Part shown: in pieces, positions 20,591 through 29,717 of the stretch
Layout: each line of letters starts with the position of its first letter
How positions within the stretch are numbered: position 1 is the stretch's first letter
From: Candidatus Eiseniibacteriota bacterium
GTDB lineage: Bacteria > Eisenbacteria > RBG-16-71-46
DNA: 64,000 bases
Assembly: GCA_044223005.1 (NCBI GenBank)
Contig: JBGAML010000003.1
Location: forward strand, 96,001-160,000
Reading direction: 5' to 3'
The notes under the pieces: model-generated
What the model saw: the letters and a program-made list of their open reading frames with translations, nothing else
Database searches by the model: none
Told to the model about the DNA's origin: nothing
Translations under genes and position numbers: made by a program

Positions 20591-21721
20591 GTGACCGTTC
20601 GTAAGCTGTCCATCGAGCATCTCGATCCGATTTCACTGCTCGGCCACAACGACTCCAACATCCGCCAGATCGAAGGCGCGCTGCCGGTGCGTATCACGCT
20701 GCGCGACGGAACGCTGACGGTGGCGGGAGACGACGTGGACGTGCACCCGGCCGCGGCGACGCTCGAGGAACTCATCGAGCTCGTCGAGCGAGGAAGAGTC
20801 ATCGAGGAGGCGGATGTGGCAACGGCCCTCGGGCAGATCCGGCGTGGTGACGACGGCGATCATGGTTCGCACGGCAACGGGAACGGCAACGGCCGCGCGC
20901 GGCTGGTGGAGGCCTACGACGGCGCCCCCGGCTACACGTTCGATCGCAAGGCCGTGCGGCCGCGCACGCCCACCCAGGCGCTGTACTTGAAGGCGCTCGA
21001 GCAGCACGACGTCGTGTTCGGCATCGGGCCGGCCGGCACCGGCAAGACGTACCTCGCCGTGGCCGCAGCCGTGGCGGCGCTGCGCTCCAAGCGCGTCGAC
21101 CGCATCATCCTGGTGCGCCCCGCGGTCGAGGCGGGCGAGAGCCTGGGCTTCCTGCCCGGCGACATGCAGGAGAAGGTCGATCCGTACCTGCGCCCCATGT
21201 ACGACGCGCTCGCGGACCTGATGTCCTACGACAAGATGCGCCGCTTCCTCGAGATGGGCGTGATCGAGATCGCGCCGCTGGCCTTCATGCGCGGCCGCAC
21301 GCTGCACAACGCGTTCGTGATCCTCGACGAGGCCCAGAACACGACCGTGCGGCAGATGAAGATGTTCCTCACCCGGCTCGGCGTGAACTCGCGCGCCGTG
21401 ATCACCGGCGACCTGACCCAGATCGACCTGCGCTCGCCGGACCAGTCGGGGCTCGTGAAGATCCAGGCGATCCTCGGGACGGTGCCCGGGATCCAGTTCG
21501 TCTACTTCCATCCCGAGGACGTGGTGCGCCACAAGCTGGTGCGCGAGATCATCCACGCCTTCGACACCTGGCACGCGCGCCGCGAGGGCACCGAGGACGA
21601 TGGCGTCGGATCGTCGCTGGATCCGCGCACCGCGTCGGAAGGTGTTGCTCCGCATGAGGTTGCCGGGCCAGATGCGGCTGGGAACGGCGCCCCGGGTGAC
21701 GCGACAGGGCCTGCCGCGTAG
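20591..21721 (+). CDS. phoH: PhoH-like ATPase (YbeZ type)
   Basis: 'GPAGTGKTYLA', 'RPAVEAGESLGFLPGD', 'AFMRGRT', 'DEAQN', 'GDLTQIDL'. Confidence 0.92.
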   Translation: MTVRKLSIEHLDPISLLGHNDSNIRQIEGALPVRITLRDGTLTVAGDDVDVHPAAATLEELIELVERGRVIEEADVATALGQIRRGDDGDHGSHGNGNGNGRARLVEAYDGAPGYTFDRKAVRPRTPTQALYLKALEQHDVVFGIGPAGTGKTYLAVAAAVAALRSKRVDRIILVRPAVEAGESLGFLPGDMQEKVDPYLRPMYDALADLMSYDKMRRFLEMGVIEIAPLAFMRGRTLHNAFVILDEAQNTTVRQMKMFLTRLGVNSRAVITGDLTQIDLRSPDQSGLVKIQAILGTVPGIQFVYFHPEDVVRHKLVREIIHAFDTWHARREGTEDDGVGSSLDPRTASEGVAPHEVAGPDAAGNGAPGDATGPAA

Positions 21722-21757
21722 ACTGCGGCTGGCCCGTCATCCCACCGGAGAGCCTGC

Positions 21758-23983
21758 CTGAGTACACCCGATCTTCCCGCCGTCCCCGCCCTGCCGGACC
21801 GTGTCCGGCCGGTGCGCTGGGGCTATTACGCCGCCCGCATCGGGCTGGCGGTGCTGCTGCTCGCCGCCGCCGCCGCGGTGCCGACCGGGCACGGCCCCTG
21901 GGACCGCCTCCGCCTGCGTGAGGGCGAGATCGCCCGCGAACGCGTGGTGGCGCCCTTCGACTTCCGCGTCCAGAAGGACGACGCGACGCTGCGGCGCGAA
22001 CAGGAAGAGGCCTCGCTCGCGGTGCCGCCGGTGTTCGTGGTCGACGCCCGCGCCCAGGCCGAGCTGCTCTCGCGCTGGTCGAGCTTCGAGGACCGCGCGC
22101 TGGCGGTGGTCTCGGACACGCGCGTCAGCCCCACCGAGCGGGCCGACAAGCTCAAGCTGCTCGGCGTCCCGCTCGACGATGCGGCCGCCGACGCGCTCGC
22201 CTCGCCCGGACGCGCCCGCCGCGCGCTCGGCGCGATGGGCGGCTGGATCGCCGAAGTCGCGCAGGGCGGGATCGCCGCCGAGAAGAAGGGCGGCTTCATG
22301 CTCGGCTACCGCGCCGTCGCGCTGCGCGAGGGCGAAACGGAAGCGCCGGCGAGCGCGATCCGCTTCTTCGAGAAGCGCGAGGCGCTGGACCGCATCACCG
22401 AGCGCGCCACCGCCGCGTTCCCGACCGACGCGCACACCGTGCACCTCGTGCAGCAGCTGGCGCAGCCCTTCCTGCAGCCCACCGTGCTCTACGACCGGGC
22501 CGAGACCGAGTGGCGCCGCGTGCAGGCGCAGGGCGCGGTCTCGGGCGTGGTCGGCACGGTCAAGAAGGACGAGCTGATCGTCGACGCCAACGAGCGCGTC
22601 TCGCGCGAAGCGGTGCTCAAGCTGCATTCGCTGCGCAACCTCGAACTGGCGCGCAGCACGCAGAGTGAGTTCCTGTACCCACCGGTCGCGCGCATGCTGC
22701 TGATGCTGCTCTTCATCGCGGCGTTCGTGACCTACCTGCGCATGGAGCTGCCGGACGTCTATCGCGACAACGGCATGCTGGCCATGTTCACGCTGCTCAC
22801 GCTGGGCGTGATGGGCGCCGCCGTGGCGCTGGTCCCGACGGCGGGCCTGTCCGAGTTCACGGTCCCGATCGCACTGGCGCCACTGGTCGTGGCCTCGCTG
22901 CTCGAGAAACGGCCCGCGCTCGTGTTCACGCTCATGCTGTCGATCCTGGTCACCGCGGTGCTCGAGATGCGGGCGCCGTTCGTGCCGGTCGCCATGATGG
23001 GCGGCGTCACCGCCGTCTACTCGGTGTCGCGCCTGCGCCATCGCTGGCACTTCGTGCGCGCCTTCTTCGCGATCATGCTGGCCAACCTGGCCGCGATTCT
23101 CGCGTGGGACCTGGCGCGGAGCATGCCGGCCTCGGCGCTGCTGCGCGACGGGCTCTGGGGCGCGCTCAACGCGTTCCTCGCGACCACGCTGGCGTTCGGG
23201 CTGCTGCCGCTCGTCGAGTCGCTCTTCCGGCTCACCAGCGACATGACACTGCTCGAGCTCTCGGACCTGAACCGGCCGCTGCTGCGGCGCATGCAGCTCG
23301 AGGCACCGGGCACCTATCACCACAGCATGGTCGTGGGCTCGCTGGCCGAGGCCGCCGCCGAGGCGATCGACGCCAACTCGCTGCTCGCGCGCGTGTCGGC
23401 CTACTACCACGACATCGGCAAGCTCTCGAAGCCCGAGTACTACGCCGAGAACGAGCCCGCGTCATCGCGTTCGCGCCACGAGAAGCTCACGCCCTCGATG
23501 AGTGCGCTGGTCGTGAAGTCGCACATCTCCGAAGGCCTCGAGCTCGCGCGCAAGCAGCGCCTGCCGCGCGCCGTGCGCAACGCGATCCCCGAGCACCACG
23601 GCACGATGGTGATGGCGTTCTTCTACCACAAGGCGCTCGAAGCCGATTCCGGCGCGCGCCGCGAGGACTACAGCTATCCCGGTCCGCGGCCGCGCTCGCG
23701 CGAGACGGCGATCCTCATGCTCGCCGACGGCGTCGAGGGCGCCTCGCGCGCGCTGGCCGAGCCCACGCCGAGCCGCATCCGCGGGCTCGTGCAGCGGATC
23801 ATCGACGAACGCGTGCGCGACGGGCAGCTCGACGACTGCGGCCTCACGCTGCAGGAACTGGCGCGCGTGCGCGAGGCGTTCATCCCCGTGCTGACCGCGA
23901 TCTTCCACGTGCGCGCCCCGTACCCGGAGGCGCCCAAGAAGCCGGGAGCGAAGCAGGATGCCGATCTCCGTCGCGGGGACTGA
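21758..23983 (+). CDS. 7TM-HD (HDIG) phosphohydrolase, PgpH/YqfF-like; start CTG 21758 or GTG 21812
   Basis: Extracellular region + 7 TM + 'APGTYHHS', 'YYHDIGK', 'EHHGT', 'YPGPRP', 'LMLADGVE'; lies between phoH and ybeY. Confidence 0.88.
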   Translation: MSTPDLPAVPALPDRVRPVRWGYYAARIGLAVLLLAAAAAVPTGHGPWDRLRLREGEIARERVVAPFDFRVQKDDATLRREQEEASLAVPPVFVVDARAQAELLSRWSSFEDRALAVVSDTRVSPTERADKLKLLGVPLDDAAADALASPGRARRALGAMGGWIAEVAQGGIAAEKKGGFMLGYRAVALREGETEAPASAIRFFEKREALDRITERATAAFPTDAHTVHLVQQLAQPFLQPTVLYDRAETEWRRVQAQGAVSGVVGTVKKDELIVDANERVSREAVLKLHSLRNLELARSTQSEFLYPPVARMLLMLLFIAAFVTYLRMELPDVYRDNGMLAMFTLLTLGVMGAAVALVPTAGLSEFTVPIALAPLVVASLLEKRPALVFTLMLSILVTAVLEMRAPFVPVAMMGGVTAVYSVSRLRHRWHFVRAFFAIMLANLAAILAWDLARSMPASALLRDGLWGALNAFLATTLAFGLLPLVESLFRLTSDMTLLELSDLNRPLLRRMQLEAPGTYHHSMVVGSLAEAAAEAIDANSLLARVSAYYHDIGKLSKPEYYAENEPASSRSRHEKLTPSMSALVVKSHISEGLELARKQRLPRAVRNAIPEHHGTMVMAFFYHKALEADSGARREDYSYPGPRPRSRETAILMLADGVEGASRALAEPTPSRIRGLVQRIIDERVRDGQLDDCGLTLQELARVREAFIPVLTAIFHVRAPYPEAPKKPGAKQDADLRRGD

Positions 23984-24434
23984 CGCGCGCCTCGCGGCGC
24001 CGCTGCGCGCGCTGGTCGCGCTCGCGCTGAAGCGCGAGAAGCGCCGCGCGGGCGAGATCGGGATCACGCTCACCGACGACCGCGAACTGCGCGAGCTCAA
24101 CCGCCGCTGGCGGAGGATCGACCGCGCCACGGACGTGATCAGCTTCGCGTACGACGAGGACGAGCCCGACGCGACGGCGCTGCCGGTGACGGGCGATCTC
24201 GTGATCTCGATGGACCGGGTGGCCGCGCAGGCGAAGCGCTACCGCGTGACGCCCGGCGCGGAGCTGGCGCGGCTCGTGATCCACGGCGCACTCCACCTGG
24301 CCGGCCACGACCACGTGCGCCCCGGCGAGCGCACGCTCATGCGCGAACGCGAGAACGCGACGCTGAAGGCCGCCGCGGCGATCGTCCGCCGGCTGGATAC
24401 GGCGCTGGCGCCGAAGGGCAAGGCGAAGCGTTAG
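23958..24434 (+). CDS. ybeY: rRNA maturation endoribonuclease YbeY
   Basis: 'LNRRWR..DRATDVISF' and 'HGALHLAGHDH' (H3xH5xH). Confidence 0.92.
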   Translation: MPISVAGTDARLAAPLRALVALALKREKRRAGEIGITLTDDRELRELNRRWRRIDRATDVISFAYDEDEPDATALPVTGDLVISMDRVAAQAKRYRVTPGAELARLVIHGALHLAGHDHVRPGERTLMRERENATLKAAAAIVRRLDTALAPKGKAKR

Positions 24435-24477
24435 ACTCCGCGCGGGTCCCCCGGCTCGCGAAGTCCCGGAGTCCGCC

Positions 24478-25416
24478 ATGAAACGCATCGCCGCCTTGCT
24501 GGGGATCGCCCTGTCGCTCGCACCGCCGTTCGTGCGCGCCGCCGACGTCGTGCGCGCGCCGGCCTCGGCCGCCGCCGGAGCCGTGCGCCCCGTCACCGCG
24601 CTGGATCGCGCGACCCTGCGGGAGGTGCTGGGCGGACTTGGCGCCGTGCGGGTCGCACGCATCGGGCCCACCAATCTCGCCGGCGCGACGGTCCCGGCCG
24701 TCGACAGCCTGGCGGTGCACGGGGTGACCGATCGCGCGTGGCTCGCGCGCTGGACCGCCGCCCTCACCGCGGACGACGTGGTCCTGGCCGGTGGCCCGTG
24801 TCCGCTCGTGGCCGCAGGCGATTCCCTGCCTCCGGCGCGGGTCGAGTTCCGTTGGGCCGACTCCACGACGCACGGCTACGTGCGCGCCGATCTCGGCACC
24901 GGGCTCGCCTCCGCGTGGATGAGCGGAAAGGTCGCGGACTGCCTCACGCTGGGAACGCACGCGCGCGAACTGCTCGCGCTCGTTCGCGAGGTCCTGCCGC
25001 GCGACCAGGCCGCGGCGCCGCCGATGTCCGCGTTCGCGAGAGGCGCGCCCGGCTCGCTCGATTCGCTCGTTCCGCCGCCGGGGTCTTCACCTCGTGCGCC
25101 CAAGCCGCCGTCGCCGCCCGAAGCGCTCCCGAAACTCGGCGAGTACGTCTACGTGGACGAACTGCCGCTGGCGATCACCAAGGTGGCCCCGGTCTATCCT
25201 GCGTCAGCGCGCGAAGCCGGTATCGCTGGGCAGGTGATGGTGGAGGCGCTCGTGATGCGCGACGGCTCGGTCGGCGACGTTTTCGTCGTGAAGAGCATCC
25301 CCGAACTCGACGCTGCTGCGGTCGAAGCCGTCCGCCAGTGGCGATTCCAGCCGGCGAAAGCCCATAGTGTCACCGTCGCGGTCTGGGTGGCGGTGCCACT
25401 CAAGTTCGGGCCGTGA
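24478..25416 (+). CDS. TonB C-terminal domain protein 1
   Basis: Signal peptide; 'PVYPASAREAGIAGQVMVEALV...LDAAAVEAVRQWRFQPA'. Confidence 0.8.
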   Translation: MKRIAALLGIALSLAPPFVRAADVVRAPASAAAGAVRPVTALDRATLREVLGGLGAVRVARIGPTNLAGATVPAVDSLAVHGVTDRAWLARWTAALTADDVVLAGGPCPLVAAGDSLPPARVEFRWADSTTHGYVRADLGTGLASAWMSGKVADCLTLGTHARELLALVREVLPRDQAAAPPMSAFARGAPGSLDSLVPPPGSSPRAPKPPSPPEALPKLGEYVYVDELPLAITKVAPVYPASAREAGIAGQVMVEALVMRDGSVGDVFVVKSIPELDAAAVEAVRQWRFQPAKAHSVTVAVWVAVPLKFGP

Positions 25417-26285
25417 AGCCGTACGCATTCTTCTTGGTCGCGGCTCTCGCGGGGTGGGCGGTCTCCGTCCATGCGAGCCATGCCACGGACGCCTTCCGCA
25501 TACCGTCGGCGAGCCTTCTGCGCGAGCGCATGCGGGAGGCGACGGAGATTCGTGTCAGCGCGTCTTGGGGTGCCTCCTGGCGCCGCGACACGGTCATCGC
25601 TCGCGGCCAGTGGACCGAGCAGATGGTTCGTGCACTGCTGGCCACGGGCGAGGTTGCGTGGAGCCTCGATGACTCGTGGGAAGGCACGCAGAGCGACGGG
25701 CGCGCCGGATGGGAGCGTGCACCCGACGTCGAGATGACATGGCGGGATTCGTACGGGTCCGGCCGCGTCCGCATTGACCTGCGATGGGATCGGGAGCAGT
25801 TCGAGACGAGTGGGTTCGTCGCGGTCCGCAAGCCCATCGGTGAGCGCTGGGGGGACCTGCTCGTCCTCGCGGCCCGCGCCTTTCCCCGTGACTCCACGCG
25901 GTTCCACGGCTGGCCCGCTCCAAGGCCCGGCGTGCAGCGGGCGCTCCACTGGCGCGTCACCGGAACGCTCCCTGAGGGAGTCCCTGGCTTCACCCTCGGA
26001 CCGACCGACCGCGAGCCGGACGACCTTCCCGTCCTCAGCGAGTCCGACCTGCCCTTCGGCTGCTCCGTGTACACCGGCGGTGACCCGGAGCGGCTGGGGA
26101 TCGTGGAGGCGCTGGTCGACCCGTGGGGTGGCGTCGCCGCGATGCGCGTGGTGAAGAGCAGCGCATCGTTCGATGCGCGGGCCATGGGAGTCGTCGGCCG
26201 CTGGCGATTCATCCCCGCCGTGCAGGAGGGGTGGCCGGCTTCGGTATGGGTGCGCGTCGGCCTCGAGTTCGACGCACCCGAGTGA
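25413..26285 (+). CDS. TonB C-terminal domain protein 2 (divergent)
   Basis: GTGA overlap; signal peptide; 'VEALVDPWGGV...FDARAMGVVGRWRFIPA'; lacks the YP motif. Confidence 0.65.
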   Translation: MKPYAFFLVAALAGWAVSVHASHATDAFRIPSASLLRERMREATEIRVSASWGASWRRDTVIARGQWTEQMVRALLATGEVAWSLDDSWEGTQSDGRAGWERAPDVEMTWRDSYGSGRVRIDLRWDREQFETSGFVAVRKPIGERWGDLLVLAARAFPRDSTRFHGWPAPRPGVQRALHWRVTGTLPEGVPGFTLGPTDREPDDLPVLSESDLPFGCSVYTGGDPERLGIVEALVDPWGGVAAMRVVKSSASFDARAMGVVGRWRFIPAVQEGWPASVWVRVGLEFDAPE

Positions 26286-26372
26286 CGCTCGCGTCGATCT
26301 CGGGTCGTGCCCCGCGCCCCGCGCGGGTGTAGCCTTCCGGAAGTCCCCCGAGACCGGAATCCAGGAGGCTGC

Positions 26373-27242
26373 ATGGGTCGCACCTTTCGTCTCGCCGCGG
26401 GGCTCCTGCTCGCGGGCGCGCTGATGCCCGTCCCGATCGCCCGCGCGACCGCCCCGCCGATCGACATCCCGACGTTCCGCGACTCGTTCCTCGGTGCCGA
26501 CTCGGTCGTCGTCACGCGCGTCGGGGACATCGGCTTGGATGGTTGGTCGAAGCCGGTCCCGCTCGGCGCGGTCGGGCCGAGGCTGTCGCTCGCGCCGGGA
26601 GCGCGTGTCCACTGGAGCGTGCGGCTCGCGCGCATCCTCGCGCCCGAGCAGGGCCGCTTCGATGCGCGGACCTGCCCCGGGGCGCCGCTGAACGCTCCGC
26701 CCGCGCCGCGCGTCGACGTGGCATGGGCGCACGGCCTCGCGCGGGGGCACGTGGCCCTCGACTTCGCGAGCGAATGCGCCACGATCCGCATGACGGGGCG
26801 TTCGCCCGTGTCGATCGGCTTCGCCGGTGAGGCCGAAGCGCTGCTCGGACTCTGCTGGGAAGCGCTGCCGGGGGACGGGCCGAAGTCCGAGGTCCCGGTC
26901 GCGGACGGCACCACGACGATCGCTCCGTGGCCGCCGCCGGGCGAGGTTCTGCCGAAGTTCGGCGAGTACGTCTACGTGCAGGAACTGCCCGAGGCCGTGG
27001 CCCGGGTGGCTCCGGCGTATCCGACGGTGGCGCGCGAGAAGGGGATCAGCGGCACCGTGATGGTGCAGGCGCTGGTCGGTTCCGATGGCGGCGTGCACGA
27101 CACGCGGGTCGTGAAGCGGATTCCGCTGCTCGATGCTGCCGCCGAAGCCAGCGTCCGCCAGTGGCGTTTCAAGCCTGCCAGGGCGAACGGCAGGCCGGTC
27201 TCGGTCTGGGTGGCGATCCCGGTCCAGTTCACGCTGCACTGA
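26373..27242 (+). CDS. TonB C-terminal domain protein 3
   Basis: AGGAGG SD; signal peptide; 'PAYPTVAREKGISGTVMVQALV...LDAAAEASVRQWRFKPA'. Confidence 0.8.
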   Translation: MGRTFRLAAGLLLAGALMPVPIARATAPPIDIPTFRDSFLGADSVVVTRVGDIGLDGWSKPVPLGAVGPRLSLAPGARVHWSVRLARILAPEQGRFDARTCPGAPLNAPPAPRVDVAWAHGLARGHVALDFASECATIRMTGRSPVSIGFAGEAEALLGLCWEALPGDGPKSEVPVADGTTTIAPWPPPGEVLPKFGEYVYVQELPEAVARVAPAYPTVAREKGISGTVMVQALVGSDGGVHDTRVVKRIPLLDAAAEASVRQWRFKPARANGRPVSVWVAIPVQFTLH

Positions 27243-27327
27243 CGCGGCAGCGAGGCCACGTGCCCTCCGGAGCGGAACGTTGTAGCGTTGTGGGGCTTTC
27301 GCTCCCATCGTCCGTCCCGGAGGTCGC

Positions 27328-28218
27328 ATGAAGCCGCTCGCGCACGCCGTCCCGCTCGTCCTCGCCGCCCTCGTCGCCGTCGCGCCCCGCGTGTCCGCCC
27401 AGACGGACGTCGCGAAGCCCGGCGCGCCCCCGGTCGCCGCGGACTCGCTGCGGGCCTCGATGCTCGCCAGCGACAGCATCCTCGTGACGCGCGTCGAAGT
27501 GCTCGAGTACCCGGCAGGCGACACCGTGGGTGCGCCGCACAAGTTCGCGAACAAGCGCATGTCCGTGAACCAGGTGAAGCACGCCTGGATGCAGCGGCTC
27601 GCGGCCAACTTCGTGCCCGCGGGCACGGAGACGCGTGGGGAACTCTGCACGCCGCCGCCGACGACCGACCCGAACCACCGCCCGTGGCTGCTCTCGGCGC
27701 TGTGGGTGAACAAGGGTGGCGCTCGCGGCCAGCTCTACGTGAATCTCGCCAGCGGCTGCGGCATGGCCGGGCTCGCCGGCAGCCGGCCGGGCAGCATCGA
27801 CATCACGGCGCACCGTGACTCGCTGCTCGCGCTCTTCCAGCAGGCGCTCTACGCCGACACCGTCCTGGCCCGCGAGACGATGTCCGCGATCCTCGACTCG
27901 GCGAAGGCGCACGCCCCGCACGAGGTGAAGGAGACGATGCCCGAGGCGATCACCAAGGTTTCCCCGACGTACCCCGATTCCGCGCGCAAGGCGAAGATCG
28001 AGGGGACCGTCATGGTGAAGGCGCTCGTCGGCAAGGACGGTGGCGTGATGCGCGTCGAGATCGAGCGGGGCGTGACCGGGCTCGACGCGTCGGCGCTCGC
28101 GGCGGTGAAGCAGTGGAAGTTCAAGCCGGCGACGGCCGACGGCCAGCCGCGTGCGGTGTGGGTGATCGTCCCCGTGATGTTCCGGCTCGCGGCCGACGAA
28201 CCGAAACTCCACCACTAG
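27328..28218 (+). CDS. TonB C-terminal domain protein 4
   Basis: GGAGG SD; signal peptide; 'PTYPDSARKAKIEGTVMVKALV...QWKFKPA'. Confidence 0.8.
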   Translation: MKPLAHAVPLVLAALVAVAPRVSAQTDVAKPGAPPVAADSLRASMLASDSILVTRVEVLEYPAGDTVGAPHKFANKRMSVNQVKHAWMQRLAANFVPAGTETRGELCTPPPTTDPNHRPWLLSALWVNKGGARGQLYVNLASGCGMAGLAGSRPGSIDITAHRDSLLALFQQALYADTVLARETMSAILDSAKAHAPHEVKETMPEAITKVSPTYPDSARKAKIEGTVMVKALVGKDGGVMRVEIERGVTGLDASALAAVKQWKFKPATADGQPRAVWVIVPVMFRLAADEPKLHH

Positions 28219-28228
28219 CAGGCGCCCC

Positions 28229-28876
28229 ATGCCGTCGATTTCGGCGCACCGGCCTCCGAGCGTGCTCGAGCGGCTGCGCAACTACCTCGTCACCGGGCTG
28301 CTCGTGCTCGCCCCCACCGCGATCACGATCGTGGTGTTCTGGCGGCTGCTCAACTGGGTCGACAACCTGCTCGGCCGCTACCTGCGGTTCGCGGCGTACG
28401 ACTACCGCCGCATCCCCGGGCTCGGGCTGATCGCGACGCTGCTGCTGCTCGTGATCGTCGGCTTCGTGGCGTCGCTCGTCGGCGCCGGTCCGCTCGCGCG
28501 GCTCTGGGACCGGCTGCTCATGCGCATCCCGGGCGTCGGGCTCGTCTACGGCTCGACCAAGTCGCTGGGAGAGGCGTTCCTCACGCAGCGCGAGGAGCAG
28601 GCGTTCCGGAAGGTCGTGCTGGTGCAGTGGCCGCACCCGGGCATGTGGCGCGTGGGATTCGTGACCGGCCACGTGGACCCGAGCATCAAGGCGCGTCTGG
28701 GCGACGACGTGACCTGCGTGTTCGTGCCGCATACGCCGAACCCGGCGTCCGGGTTCGTGCACTACGTGCCCAAGCGCGAGGTGGTCTACCTCGACTGGAG
28801 CGTCGAGGACGGGCTCAAGATGGTGGTCTCGGGCGGCGTCGTGCAGCCGGGCGCCGCGGCGCCGCCGCACGCCTGA
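28229..28876 (+). CDS. DUF502 domain membrane protein
   Basis: 'LRNYLVTGLLVLAP', 'RIPGVGLVYGSTK', 'VFVPHTPNPASGF', 'VVSGG'. Confidence 0.85.
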   Translation: MPSISAHRPPSVLERLRNYLVTGLLVLAPTAITIVVFWRLLNWVDNLLGRYLRFAAYDYRRIPGLGLIATLLLLVIVGFVASLVGAGPLARLWDRLLMRIPGVGLVYGSTKSLGEAFLTQREEQAFRKVVLVQWPHPGMWRVGFVTGHVDPSIKARLGDDVTCVFVPHTPNPASGFVHYVPKREVVYLDWSVEDGLKMVVSGGVVQPGAAAPPHA

Positions 28877-28904
28877 CCGCCTGACCGCCTGATCGCCGGA
28901 GCGC

Positions 28905-29717
28905 TCAGCCCAGCTTCGCCATGCCGCGCCGTGCGGTCGGGGGGCCGTCCCCGAGCGACGTCGCGCCGGTGATCACCGCGGCGGCCGCCGTGCGGTTCTC
29001 GACGCCCAGCTTGCACAGGATGTTCTCGACGTGCTTCTCGACCGTGCGCGGGCGCATGCCGAGGATCGTGGCGATCTCGGGGTTCGTGCGGCCGCGCGCC
29101 AGCCAGAGCGCGACGTCGGCCTCGCGTGGCGTCAGGCCGAAGCCGGGCCGCTCGGCGCTGCCCGAGGACTCCCGCGCGGTGCGCAGCTCGGCGGCGCCGA
29201 GCGCCAGCTGGAAGTGAGGCTGGAGCAGTTCGAGCAGGAGCATGTCGCGCGCCGTGAAGTCGCGACGCTCGAGCGGGCGGGCGAGGTTGATCGACCCCCC
29301 GCGCGAGCCGCGGAACATCCCGATCGCGATGAGCCGCCCGATACCCAGGTGGCGGTAGACGTCGCCCCAGAGCTGGGTCGCGCGCAGCTCGCGCGTCGTC
29401 CAGTAGTCCGAGAGCCGGTAGGGCCCCCAGCGCCCGGTTCGCTGGGACGCGACCGTGAAGGGGTGGGCCGCGAAATGGCGGGTCAGCTTCTGCAGGCGGA
29501 TGCGCGTGATGGGCCTCGGCGCGGCCCAGACCTCGAAGTTCTGCGGCCGGAGGTCGGGGCCCGCGAAGTTCGCCTCCATGAAACTGAAGTGATCCGCGGG
29601 GATCACGCGAAAGAAGATGCCCGGCGCGGCCGCCCGCAGGGCGTCCACGGTTCGCGGGGCGTGAAGATCCAAGCTCGCCTGCTGGAACAGTCGCACATCG
29701 CGCGTCGTCAACGTCAT
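28905..29717 (-). CDS. LuxR-type HTH transcriptional regulator with GAF-like N-terminal region
   Basis: GGAGGAG SD; C-terminal 'LTPREADVALWLARGRTNPEIATILGMRPRTVEKHVENILCKLGVENR'. Confidence 0.85.
   Translation of the reverse strand: MTLTTRDVRLFQQASLDLHAPRTVDALRAAAPGIFFRVIPADHFSFMEANFAGPDLRPQNFEVWAAPRPITRIRLQKLTRHFAAHPFTVASQRTGRWGPYRLSDYWTTRELRATQLWGDVYRHLGIGRLIAIGMFRGSRGGSINLARPLERRDFTARDMLLLELLQPHFQLALGAAELRTARESSGSAERPGFGLTPREADVALWLARGRTNPEIATILGMRPRTVEKHVENILCKLGVENRTAAAAVITGATSLGDGPPTARRGMAKLG

Noticed and set aside
25129..27242. DGR template/variable repeat pair among TonB C-terminal regions
   Set aside because: Both copies lie in intact genes, the differences are not adenine-specific, and no reverse transcriptase is in the window.
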